From Candidatus Peribacteria bacterium (GTDB taxonomy: Bacteria > Patescibacteriota > Gracilibacteria > UBA1369 > GCA-2718715), in the NCBI GenBank assembly GCA_943349385.1, contig CALQZM010000001.1, forward strand, positions 1 to 31,261: a DNA stretch of 31,261 nt, given 5' to 3'. The position numbers and the translations under genes were made by a program. Under the pieces are notes generated by a model, which did not search any database, had not been told where the DNA came from, and worked only from the letters and a program-made list of their open reading frames with translations. Below are positions 9,850-19,100 of the stretch, piece by piece (position 1 is the first letter of the stretch; the number at the start of each line of letters is the position of its first letter).

Positions 9850-10344
9850 CTACTCAGTTAATTTGAACCGGTAGGCTTCTGTGATTAAAGGTTGTGGATA
9901 ACTTTCAGGTAAGGTTCCCGATACAATGAATTCGTAATCAGTCATTGTTACACAAGCATTGGAGTTATCTTGATTGTATCTGTAGGTAATTCCGTCAAAA
10001 GAATATTTTCCACATAGATCAGCTGCAAAGCTAACTTCGTAGCGTGAATCTTTTGGCATTTCATTTAAATATTCTGCATAAACAACTTCGGTGGTGTCAG
10101 ATTTTTTAACAAGTAGCTCAATATCTTTTAAACTTTCAGTATTAGTAATTACTAGTCCGGGATTAGTACAGACATCATTTGGACAGTTGCTTAATTCGAT
10201 TGTAACTAGATCGGTTTGATTTAAGATTAGTTGACCTTTAAATAGATCTGTATTTTGGCTTACATAGCCTAGAACAGTTACTAGAGAGAAAGCAAAAACG
10301 ATAAACATTCCGGTTGCCTTTTTTGAATACATTTTTTTAGCCAT
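9850..10344 (-). CDS. Hypothetical exported or membrane-anchored protein (164 aa)
   Basis: Basic N-terminus plus hydrophobic segment; beta-rich-looking remainder with four Cys. Confidence 0.65.
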   Translation of the reverse strand: MAKKMYSKKATGMFIVFAFSLVTVLGYVSQNTDLFKGQLILNQTDLVTIELSNCPNDVCTNPGLVITNTESLKDIELLVKKSDTTEVVYAEYLNEMPKDSRYEVSFAADLCGKYSFDGITYRYNQDNSNACVTMTDYEFIVSGTLPESYPQPLITEAYRFKLTE

Positions 10345-10389
10345 TAGTAAAACATTTATATAATAACAAATTAATTTTTTATATCTAGA

Positions 10390-11493
10390 TTATGTCAACA
10401 GAAGATTTAATTTTTCTTGCTCGATAGCTAGTTTTATTTCTTGAGCGATTCGTTCTCCGTAAGATAAATTTTCACCGTATAAGTATCTTGTATAAGGAGT
10501 ATATGCAGTTCCAGGTGAACCCGGTATTCTCATTGAAACGTCGAATACAACGATTTCTTCGTTGCCCTTATCGGCAGCGATTGCACCTTGCAAGGCAAAT
10601 GGTCCAATAATATTTGAAACTTTCAAGAATTTTTCACCAGCTTCAAAAGCTTTTTCTAATAATGATTCTTTAACTGTTACGGCAACGTGACCGGTTTCGA
10701 CCATAGACGGTTTGTATCCAGTCTGTAAAACTTTTAATTGAGTCTCAGCGTCTAATCTTAAGAATCCATCTAAACTCGTTTGCCGACGCATATCCGTACC
10801 CATTAATTCAAGTCGATCGGTAAGTGGAGAATAGAAATAATTAAAGTTAACTTGTGCCCCAGTTATAAACTCTTCGATTGTGGCTTTGTTTAAGTCTTCT
10901 TGAGTAATTAATCCGGATTCAATTCTGAGTTTTGATTCTTGTTCGAACTGCTCTGTAGAAGTAACAACAAAAAAAGCTCGTTCGTATTTTCGGTAAGCTT
11001 CATTTACTTTAACAATTGCCAGTCGGTCGATCTCTTTATAGTTTGAAAATATTTTTGGGATTCTGATGCCACCTTTTTCGAGCATTAAATATTGATTTTC
11101 GGGATGGTCTCTTTCTTCAAGTTTTAGTAGTTCCCTACTTCCATAAATTGGAACCTGAAAAGATTGTTCGATTTCTTTAAAATTACAATATACCCAGAAA
11201 TATCTATTCTGAATAAAAATTGTGTTTCGTTTACGTAATTCTGCTTGAACTTCTGGCTTAGAAATATCGGCAAAGCTGTCTAGAACCATTACTTCGTCAA
11301 CGCATCCTGTTCCATCTTGATTTGAGGCGTAGTATTTTGAGTAGGTTTTTTCACGACCTTTTTGGACTACAGCTAATGTTTTAAATCCGTATTTTTTAGC
11401 GCCAGCACAGACTTCTAAGCCTGAGTGCCCGCCTAAAACTCCGATAGTTAAATTTGATAAATCGTAGTCTTTTAAAATGTGATCAATATTCAT
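10390..11493 (-). CDS. PurP-family ATP-grasp protein, divergent paralogue (DUF1246/DUF1297-type)
   Basis: IGVLGGHSGL, GTDMRRQTSLDG, KESLLEKAF, GPFALQG, FDVSMRIPGSPG. Confidence 0.85.
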   Translation of the reverse strand: MNIDHILKDYDLSNLTIGVLGGHSGLEVCAGAKKYGFKTLAVVQKGREKTYSKYYASNQDGTGCVDEVMVLDSFADISKPEVQAELRKRNTIFIQNRYFWVYCNFKEIEQSFQVPIYGSRELLKLEERDHPENQYLMLEKGGIRIPKIFSNYKEIDRLAIVKVNEAYRKYERAFFVVTSTEQFEQESKLRIESGLITQEDLNKATIEEFITGAQVNFNYFYSPLTDRLELMGTDMRRQTSLDGFLRLDAETQLKVLQTGYKPSMVETGHVAVTVKESLLEKAFEAGEKFLKVSNIIGPFALQGAIAADKGNEEIVVFDVSMRIPGSPGTAYTPYTRYLYGENLSYGERIAQEIKLAIEQEKLNLLLT

Positions 11494-11494
11494 A

Positions 11495-12511
11495 TTATCC
11501 TAAAATTGTTTCTAGTTTATCTGCAAGTATAGCTTCTTTAATTTCTCTGGCGATTCTACGGCCAGTAGACATTGGTTCGTCGTATCTTAAAGCTGTATAT
11601 GGGGATCCTTGAATGTATGGATTTGTTCCTGCCACAATTCTAGCAGAAATTTCGAATACATACAGATTTAAATTAGTATCAATAATTCCTTCTAAACAGA
11701 AAGGTCCAAACAATCCTTTATCTGTAAGTTTGCGAGATGCTTTTACAACATTTTCACCTAATTCAAAGAACATTGGTAATAATGATTCTCGTACTACTAC
11801 TGGAATATTTCCTGTAATAGTATAACTAGTATGGATATTAGCTTCTAATTGATCCTTGGCAGCAATACGCCCGATTGAGTCGGCGTTAGATTCGTACCTC
11901 TTATCGAATCCCATAATTTCTAATTCATCGTTTTGAATAGAGTGAAAATAATGGGCATAAATAGGAACTCCGACAATATACTCTTGGATTACAAAATCAT
12001 CTTCGCCCGGATATTCTTTAATTCTTTCGTAAAATTCAGAAGGTGAATTAGCAATAAAGTATCCTCGTCCCCCTTTAGCACCATGGAATTTAATGATAAC
12101 TGGACAATTAATTTCTTCAGGACTTGAAAAAATCTTAGGTAATTGCAGACCAGCATCTTTTAACCAAACACGTTCTTTACTTCGATTAGACTCCCATTCT
12201 AGAATTCCTTTAGATCCATAATAATTTGCTTGGATTTTTGGAGCAGTTGCAGCACCGATAGCGTTTATAATTGATCCATGTGGAATTAGAATTGCATTTC
12301 GTTTAATTAATTCTGGCTCAATCTCCGTGAAATAATTGGTGAATGACTCGACTTCAATAATTTCGTCGGCAACACGATAGCTGAGATACGGCTTTGACCT
12401 ACCTTTTTCACAGAATACTAAAGTTTTAAAGCCTTCGTCTTTAGCTCCTTTAAGTATTTGTAAAGCTGAATGACTGCCAAGAGTGGCAATTGTAAAAGTA
12501 GAGATGTCCAT
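11495..12511 (-). CDS. purP: Formate-phosphoribosylaminoimidazolecarboxamide ligase (FAICAR synthetase, archaeal-type PurP)
   Basis: IATLGSHSALQILKGAKDEGF, PHGS, GAKGGRGYF, DKRYESN, GNIPVVVRESLLP, GPFCLE, FEISARIVAGTN all match the canonical PurP pattern. Confidence 0.9.
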   Translation of the reverse strand: MDISTFTIATLGSHSALQILKGAKDEGFKTLVFCEKGRSKPYLSYRVADEIIEVESFTNYFTEIEPELIKRNAILIPHGSIINAIGAATAPKIQANYYGSKGILEWESNRSKERVWLKDAGLQLPKIFSSPEEINCPVIIKFHGAKGGRGYFIANSPSEFYERIKEYPGEDDFVIQEYIVGVPIYAHYFHSIQNDELEIMGFDKRYESNADSIGRIAAKDQLEANIHTSYTITGNIPVVVRESLLPMFFELGENVVKASRKLTDKGLFGPFCLEGIIDTNLNLYVFEISARIVAGTNPYIQGSPYTALRYDEPMSTGRRIAREIKEAILADKLETILG

Positions 12512-12533
12512 TGAATTTAAGTTACTTTTGCTG

Positions 12534-12563
12534 ATTCTAAAACAATAATAACCCTATTGGCAA
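12534..12563 (-). promoter_or_regulatory. Putative promoter for the purP pair
   Basis: Minus strand TTGCCA-18 nt-TAGAAT, ~22 nt upstream of the start. Confidence 0.5.
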
Positions 12564-12723
12564 GTGGAAATTTTAGTAAATTACAATCTTTGCCATTTGC
12601 AAACTAGCCTACCAATTACTATATATTCCCTTAAACAAATAAAAGTGCTAAATTGTAGTACTGTAATTTATACCAAAAAGTAAGCTAGAAAAATATATAA
12701 ATATAAAGAGGATTAGCCTATTT

Positions 12724-13518
12724 TTAAAACAAAGTACTATATCCAAATACAACTAGTGGCATTCCAATGAGATAAATTGCGAATATATTTAAGCTGTATT
12801 TCTTATAAAGTTGCATTAAAAGGGAGATTGCAAAATATCCACTTATTAATGAAGCTACAAATCCAATACCATACACGCCCCAATCAATTGTTACGCCACT
12901 TTCTAAGCCATCTAAACTGGCGAATACAGCCGCTCCGAAGATAGCGGGCAAAGCCATTAAAAACGAGAATTCGGCTGATTTTTCGCGAGATAATCCGGTT
13001 AAAAGTCCTGCTGATAAGGTAGATCCTGATCTGGAAACTCCAGGAATAATTGCAATTGCTTGAACACATCCAATAATAAGTGCCGTCCATAAAGTTGGAG
13101 CCGCCTTTTTAGTTGTGATTTTTTTGGCTAAGAATTCTGATACTAAAAAAAAGGTTCCTGTAAACATCATAGCTATCATAACTGGGGTTGTTGAACTAAA
13201 AGTATCGTCAATAAAGTCACTAATCGTAAGGGCAACTACAATTGCGGGTAAAGTCGCTATACAAAGTGCTCCGAACAATATCCAAGAGTGCTTATCTTTG
13301 CCAACTAAACCTAAAATTAAGTCTTTGACTGTATTTCTAAAATATAATAAAACTGCAAAAAATGTTGCAAGATGCACAAAAACTGAAAAGTAAAAAAAAT
13401 CTTCGTATCCATTAGTTAAAATATTTTCGAAAATAACCAAATGACCCGATGAAGAAATAGGAAAAAACTCAGTAATCCCCTGAACGATCCCAAGAATTAA
13501 AGCATCTAAAAACGACAT
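12724..13518 (-). CDS. uppP: Undecaprenyl-diphosphate phosphatase (BacA family)
   Basis: LGIVQGITEFFPISSSGHL and AIIPGVSRSGST motifs; multi-pass hydrophobic protein. Confidence 0.97.
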   Translation of the reverse strand: MSFLDALILGIVQGITEFFPISSSGHLVIFENILTNGYEDFFYFSVFVHLATFFAVLLYFRNTVKDLILGLVGKDKHSWILFGALCIATLPAIVVALTISDFIDDTFSSTTPVMIAMMFTGTFFLVSEFLAKKITTKKAAPTLWTALIIGCVQAIAIIPGVSRSGSTLSAGLLTGLSREKSAEFSFLMALPAIFGAAVFASLDGLESGVTIDWGVYGIGFVASLISGYFAISLLMQLYKKYSLNIFAIYLIGMPLVVFGYSTLF

Positions 13519-13561
13519 AGATATTATTTAAATAGTGGAAAGATAATATCAGTCGGGTATC

Positions 13562-15136
13562 TTAAGTTGCAATAGATTCGACTGAATTTACAGGTTCCAC
13601 TGGTGTGGGAATTGTTGCGTAAAGTTTGTCTAAAAGTTCCGACAATTTTTGTTTATTTGCGGCGGGATTACTATTGTTGCCAAAAACCCTTGAATATAAA
13701 GCGTAAAGGCTCAATCCATAGAAATTAAAAGTTTGTTTTTCTGTCCAATGCAGATTTTCAATAATTGTTCTATCTGGATTTAGTTGTTGGAATTTAGCTG
13801 CTAATTCTTGATTTGTCCAAAAATATGATTCGATTTCGGGAACTTCAGTGCCGAAAACTTCTCGAGCTAAATAAGCTAAATGCTTGTCGATTTTCATTGG
13901 TACAAACTTAGGGTATTTTTCTAACATCGATCTTCTTCTATCCCCTAATACTACAACTGCTATTTGATTTAGATCCCAACCATTAATTTTAAGCTCGGTT
14001 CTTTTAGTAGTTGCAATCATTTTAGCTCCAGTTTTAAAATGTGACTTCAACTTATTAATCCATTGATGAGCCGTCATTTTATCAGGTGGCACTGCAGTAC
14101 TATAGTTAAGGCCATAAATGTGATCAGCTAAAATACTTAAATCTGAATTTTTACCTATTGGTTTTAACTTTTGATCAAAATCCACAAACAGTTGAGCAAT
14201 TTCGTCTAAATTCAGACTTGCATAAAGTTCAGACCTTTCACTATAAGGCATATTTATGAATTTGTCTCGGGTTGGGTATTTAGCCATTAAGGCAGGAATT
14301 ACTTGGTCTAAATAAAGTTTTGGGGTTAATTTTAAACTAATTTTTTTTAGATAATTTTTTGGATTTATAGAATCAAATTTAAATTTTTTAATTTGTTTAG
14401 GATATTTAGCTTTTAATTCTGTTTTATCTGTAGAAATAATTTCACTAAAATCCTTAATTCCTAAAAGTAAATAGGTTGCCTCGTCTACAGAAATAAAAAT
14501 CGCCATATCTATGGCAGGAATAGTAAGGATTGCGTATGGGTGAATCCTTAATGAATTTACTGGTCTTTTTGAAATTGAAATATCTGCGCCATTCAAATCA
14601 ACGTTGGCATCAATTAAATGTTTTAAAACTAATTCAAATTTAGTTTTAACTGAATTTATAAAATTACTTTGATTCAGTCTAGTTTTAGTGGGAGTCTCAC
14701 TACGGACAATTGTTCTTTTGTTTTCTTCACTTACAGGAAAAACCTCAGCGTCTATACCACGAACAGGAATGCCATAGGCAGTAGCTATTGTTTGAACATC
14801 AGCGTAAAACTTATCTCTCGGAATAATTGAGTTTTTAGTACTTGGCGCATCACTAGACTCAATCGGTAAGTTATTTTCAACTAACGGGTTTTCTTGAACT
14901 GCTTCAAAGTCAGCGATACCTTTTCGTAAACCTTCTATAATTCCTGCAACTTCATTAGAGTCAATCGGTAAAGTATTTTCAACTAAGTCTCTTAATACTT
15001 CAGTTACATTTACATGTGTCCCATTACTTAATTTTTGCACTAATTGATCAACAAAACCTGGAATTTTAGACAAATCACCTACTGAAAACAGATTATAAAA
15101 TTGTCGAAAATCTTGCTCGCTTAATTCTGGACGCAT
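13562..15136 (-). CDS. Hypothetical protein (524 aa) with degenerate C-terminal repeats
   Basis: Long ORF with no signal peptide; three loosely similar ~70-80 aa units in the C-terminal half. Confidence 0.7.
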   Translation of the reverse strand: MRPELSEQDFRQFYNLFSVGDLSKIPGFVDQLVQKLSNGTHVNVTEVLRDLVENTLPIDSNEVAGIIEGLRKGIADFEAVQENPLVENNLPIESSDAPSTKNSIIPRDKFYADVQTIATAYGIPVRGIDAEVFPVSEENKRTIVRSETPTKTRLNQSNFINSVKTKFELVLKHLIDANVDLNGADISISKRPVNSLRIHPYAILTIPAIDMAIFISVDEATYLLLGIKDFSEIISTDKTELKAKYPKQIKKFKFDSINPKNYLKKISLKLTPKLYLDQVIPALMAKYPTRDKFINMPYSERSELYASLNLDEIAQLFVDFDQKLKPIGKNSDLSILADHIYGLNYSTAVPPDKMTAHQWINKLKSHFKTGAKMIATTKRTELKINGWDLNQIAVVVLGDRRRSMLEKYPKFVPMKIDKHLAYLAREVFGTEVPEIESYFWTNQELAAKFQQLNPDRTIIENLHWTEKQTFNFYGLSLYALYSRVFGNNSNPAANKQKLSELLDKLYATIPTPVEPVNSVESIAT

Positions 15137-15235
15137 AGTAATTATTACGAATAGCCTTCATTTAACCATAAGTAATTACCATATGTCAAGTAGGCATTAG
15201 TAAATTATAGCTCGGTTTTATTGTGATAGTTAAAC

Positions 15236-16786
15236 TTAATGTCTAAAACTTCGAACTCCAGTAAACACCATGCTTATTCCAAGTTCGTCGGCTTTAGCTA
15301 TTACTTCAGAATCTTTAATTGAGCCACCTGGTTGTAAAATTGCAGTTGCTCCTGCTTTATGAGCTTCTTCAATACCATCCGGAAAAGGGAAAAACGCGTC
15401 AGAAGCCATCACTGATCCTTGAACTTTTTCACCACCTTTATGCCTTGCAATATAGACTGAATCGATACGGGACATTTGTCCTGCACCTATTCCAGTAACA
15501 ATATCGTTACCATTTTTATCGGTTTTTGCAAAAATAATTGCGTTGGATTTAACATGTTTAACAATCTTACGAGCAAACAACATAGCGTTAATTTCGGCCT
15601 CGTTGGGGCTCAATTTGGTTACTACTTTTAAGTCCTCTTTATTTAAAATTGAAGTATCGGCAGTTTGAATCAAGATTCCACCTGCTACTTTTTTAATATC
15701 TCTTCTTTCTGTATCTAATAGCATTTCTCCAACTTCGAGTAGTCGAATATTTGGTTTCTTTTTAATCAATTCTAGGGCCTCTGGCTCAAAATGAGTACAG
15801 GCAATAATTTCTAAAAATAATTTTTGTTCCTCGATATATTTAGCAACTTCAACTGTAAAAGCTCGATTCATTGCCACAACTCCTCCAAAAGAAGATAGCG
15901 TATCTACTTGATGTGATAATTTAAAGGCTTCGTCTATAGTTTCACTAGAAGCTACACCGCAAGGGTTATTATGTTTTACAATAACTACTGTTGGGCGTTC
16001 AAACTCTTTTACAAGTTCAATAGCACTGTCGGCATCTACAATATTATTAAACGATAACTCTTTACCACCAAGGACTTTGGCGTTGGTAATATTTGCATCT
16101 CTATTCTCAGGATTCCTAAAAAAAGCAGCTTTTTGATGCGGATTTTCACCATATCGCAAGGTAGTAACTTTTTCGTAATTCAATAATAATTGTTCTGGAA
16201 GTTGGTTAATTTTCCTAAAATACTGAGTAATAGCTGTATCGTATTTTTCGATCGTATCAAAGCATTTTGCAGCTAATAATTTCCGGGTTTCCAAAGTAGT
16301 TTGATTGTTTATGGCAAGCTCCTCGGTGACTTTTGAATAGTCAGAAGGATCCACCACAACTGTAACAAATTTAAAATTTTTGGCAGCAGCTCTAAGCATT
16401 GTTGGTCCGCCTATGTCTATGTTTTCAATAGCAACTTGTTCAGTAACATTTGGCTTAGCAATTGTTTCTACAAAAGGATACAAGTTGACAACTACAAAGT
16501 CGATCCACTCAACATTGTTAACCGTGGCATCTTTTTGATGGTTATCGTTGTCTCGTAAGCCTAGTATTCCGCCGTGGATTTTTGGATTTAAGGTTTTTAC
16601 TCGACCGTCCATAATTTCTGGGTATCCAGTAAAATCACTAACTTTAGTAATTTTTAATCCTGAATCGGCAAGTAATTGGTAAGTTCCTCCGGTTGAAATA
16701 ATTGATACTCCGAGCCGTTCTAACTCTTTGGCAAATTCAACAATCCCAGTTTTGTCTGAGACGCTTATTAGTGCTATTTTTTTCAT
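15236..16786 (-). CDS. purH: Bifunctional AICAR transformylase / IMP cyclohydrolase
   Basis: ALISVSDK, STGGT, GRVKTL, DIGGPTMLRAAAKN, LRYGENPHQ, VKHNNPCG, ASDAFFPF. Start placed at ATG 16786 (MKKIAL). Confidence 0.97.
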   Translation of the reverse strand: MKKIALISVSDKTGIVEFAKELERLGVSIISTGGTYQLLADSGLKITKVSDFTGYPEIMDGRVKTLNPKIHGGILGLRDNDNHQKDATVNNVEWIDFVVVNLYPFVETIAKPNVTEQVAIENIDIGGPTMLRAAAKNFKFVTVVVDPSDYSKVTEELAINNQTTLETRKLLAAKCFDTIEKYDTAITQYFRKINQLPEQLLLNYEKVTTLRYGENPHQKAAFFRNPENRDANITNAKVLGGKELSFNNIVDADSAIELVKEFERPTVVIVKHNNPCGVASSETIDEAFKLSHQVDTLSSFGGVVAMNRAFTVEVAKYIEEQKLFLEIIACTHFEPEALELIKKKPNIRLLEVGEMLLDTERRDIKKVAGGILIQTADTSILNKEDLKVVTKLSPNEAEINAMLFARKIVKHVKSNAIIFAKTDKNGNDIVTGIGAGQMSRIDSVYIARHKGGEKVQGSVMASDAFFPFPDGIEEAHKAGATAILQPGGSIKDSEVIAKADELGISMVFTGVRSFRH

Positions 16787-16825
16787 AGTTCTGATATTAA
16801 TGTACCCCATTTCTAAGCATTGCCA

Positions 16826-16854
16826 ATATTAACAGTTGAATATTATGATGGCAA
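16826..16854 (-). promoter_or_regulatory. Putative purH promoter overlapping the yidD 3' end
   Basis: Minus strand TTGCCA-17 nt-TAATAT with TGn extension. Confidence 0.5.
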
Positions 16855-17076
16855 GTCGATTCCTCCTTTAGACCATGGATTACATTTTAGAACCCTTTTT
16901 ATTCCTTTTAAAAGTCCGATTACAAATCCTCTTTTTTGAATTATTTGCTTAGTGTATTCAGAGCAGCTGGGGTGGTACTTGCAAAATCCATTCGGGAAAA
17001 ACGCCCTCATTAAACCATGATCTGGTGATAATGTTTTTTGGTACAGATTTATTACTGAAATTAATATTTTTTTCAT
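16843..17076 (-). CDS. yidD: Membrane protein insertion efficiency factor YidD
   Basis: LYQKTLSP, CKYHPSCSEY, RVLKCNPWSKGGID; three conserved Cys. Confidence 0.93.
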   Translation of the reverse strand: MKKILISVINLYQKTLSPDHGLMRAFFPNGFCKYHPSCSEYTKQIIQKRGFVIGLLKGIKRVLKCNPWSKGGIDLPS

Positions 17077-18396
17077 TTATTCCATACAAGTATATGGATT
17101 TATCCTTTCCCCATCTTTATGACATTCGTAATGTAAATGGATTCCAGTTGCACCATAAACTCGTCCAGTATTACCCATTTTAGAAATAATTTGACCTTTT
17201 GATACTTTATCTCCTTCGGTAACGTAAAGTTCATCGTTATGGGCATACAAAGTTTTGTATCCATTACCATGATCAACTATCACATAATTACCGTATGCAC
17301 CACCCCAGCCTGCAACTTCAACCGTACCGCCAGCAGTTGCCCAAATGGCTGGTCTTGATCTATTAGCAATATCAAGTGCATAGTGGCCTCTCTTGTACCC
17401 TTGAGTTATGTTACCGTCAGTAGGTTTACCCCAAATTCCTGATGAAACAGGTGCAACTTGATTAGGCCTAGCAGAACCACTTTTTATAGTTGCCGGTTTT
17501 ACAGATGGGTCAGCATCTTGCACGATTGATTTAGAAGATGTTACTCCTTTGATTGGAGCAACCTTTGGTGCAGGTGGCTTTTCGAATCCTGGGTAATTTG
17601 GAGCTATATTAGCGTTTATGTCTGTTTGAATGTTGGCAATTTTTGTCGGCTTATTAGCTGGCTTAGTTGTGTCAATTTTAGGCTGTTCAGCAATTAATTG
17701 AGTTGTAATTCGTTTTCCACCTGGAATAAAAACTTTGGCTCCAACATTTAATCCACTAGACAATAGATTGTATTTTTTAATTAATTCACTATCTGTTTCG
17801 TATTTCACTGCTAACCCAAGTAGAGTGTCGCCTCGTTTAACAATATGACTTATTCCATTAGCAGGAGGTATGCTTAAGGTATCACCCGGTTTTACAGTAT
17901 CAATATTTACTATTCCGTTTTCCCATACAATCGTTTCTGGCGATAATGTGTACATACTAGCAATCAACTCTAAAGTTTCACCTCGTTGAACTTGGTGACT
18001 TACGTAATCAAGCCTATCAACTTTTACTGACTCGCCTTCTTCGGGCATATTTTTTACTAGGAAACCTTCTTCGGTTGCTACTAATTGAGCCAAATTGTTA
18101 TACTCGATATCTTCTGGAGTTAAGTAACTTGAGGCCTGTGTGGCAAAATTAGATTCACCAAAAATATAACCAGTTGGATTAATTGAGCTCAGAACTAATA
18201 GTACTAATGCAATGGAAGCAGTCTTTTTTAAAATCTCTTTTTCTGGCATTAAGGCAGACTGAGCGACTTTATGTTCATGTAAAAAATGAGCATATCGGCT
18301 ACGCTTAACAAGTTTAGGGAACTTGTTAACAACTAGTCGCTTTAAAGATCTAAGAAATTTTTCCGATATTGGTCCTAAGGATCTAAAGAAAGACAT
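17077..18396 (-). CDS. LysM-domain M23 family peptidoglycan endopeptidase
   Basis: Two LysM repeats (HQVQRGETLELIA, HIVKRGDTLLGLA); M23 motifs HYALD, YAH and HLH; N-terminal hydrophobic anchor. Confidence 0.93.
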   Translation of the reverse strand: MSFFRSLGPISEKFLRSLKRLVVNKFPKLVKRSRYAHFLHEHKVAQSALMPEKEILKKTASIALVLLVLSSINPTGYIFGESNFATQASSYLTPEDIEYNNLAQLVATEEGFLVKNMPEEGESVKVDRLDYVSHQVQRGETLELIASMYTLSPETIVWENGIVNIDTVKPGDTLSIPPANGISHIVKRGDTLLGLAVKYETDSELIKKYNLLSSGLNVGAKVFIPGGKRITTQLIAEQPKIDTTKPANKPTKIANIQTDINANIAPNYPGFEKPPAPKVAPIKGVTSSKSIVQDADPSVKPATIKSGSARPNQVAPVSSGIWGKPTDGNITQGYKRGHYALDIANRSRPAIWATAGGTVEVAGWGGAYGNYVIVDHGNGYKTLYAHNDELYVTEGDKVSKGQIISKMGNTGRVYGATGIHLHYECHKDGERINPYTCME

Positions 18397-18605
18397 TAAA
18401 ACTCTCGCATTTAAGAATTTTTTAACGTTTCTTGGAGTCCTGTTTTTTTTATTATAGATAAGTTTTTACCTTAGTTACCAATAGATGCTTGCGTTACTGC
18501 AGCTTTCTGAAGCAAACTTTTGGGGCAGACAGCGCCATATAATATTTAGAATCGTGTCTTGCAGAGTATTATATAGATTTATTTTAAAATGTAAACCCTA
18601 CAAGC

Positions 18606-19100
18606 CTATGAATGTAATAAAGAATAGTCGTTTTGGTCTATTCTAAGCACTAATTTATTAAATATTTTAAATAGTGGATTTTTTATTTTAGCCTGAAAAG
18701 TTAGTATCATTTCGTTGTATCTATGAACTAACTCAGGGATTTTTAGTTTTGCATTTTCAAAATCACCTTTGACTAATCTTGATTTTTTTAAATCTAATTT
18801 TGTTTTGCAAAAATTTTCTAACACTAAAAATTTTGCCTGAATTAATTGTTCGTTTTCTGTATTCAAACTTGTTCGTAAATCCTGGATTAAGGGTAATAAA
18901 CTGCTTGTATACAAAGTACGGTCTACTTCAAAAGTTAAATTCTGTAAGACATCAGAATAATATTGCTGGGCATCTTTTAAATTATGTAGATTAAGTTTTA
19001 AGTTCCTAGAAACTGTTAAAAAACTAAAGCATAGATTTAAAGTCCATAAAAATGTTATTATTAGTATACCTAAAAGTCCTAAAAATAAGTCGAATCCCAT
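18606..19100 (-). CDS. Hypothetical protein with N-terminal TM helix, weakly LemA-like
   Basis: N-terminal hydrophobic helix, helical body, and C-terminal RYNEMILTFQAKIKNP resembling the LemA YN...YN..I..FP tail. Confidence 0.5.
   Translation of the reverse strand: MGFDLFLGLLGILIITFLWTLNLCFSFLTVSRNLKLNLHNLKDAQQYYSDVLQNLTFEVDRTLYTSSLLPLIQDLRTSLNTENEQLIQAKFLVLENFCKTKLDLKKSRLVKGDFENAKLKIPELVHRYNEMILTFQAKIKNPLFKIFNKLVLRIDQNDYSLLHS

Noticed and set aside
16787-16842. ZMP/ZTP or purine riboswitch upstream of purH or purP
   Set aside because: Predicted leaders are short (about 20-35 nt) and AT-rich with no recognisable aptamer.
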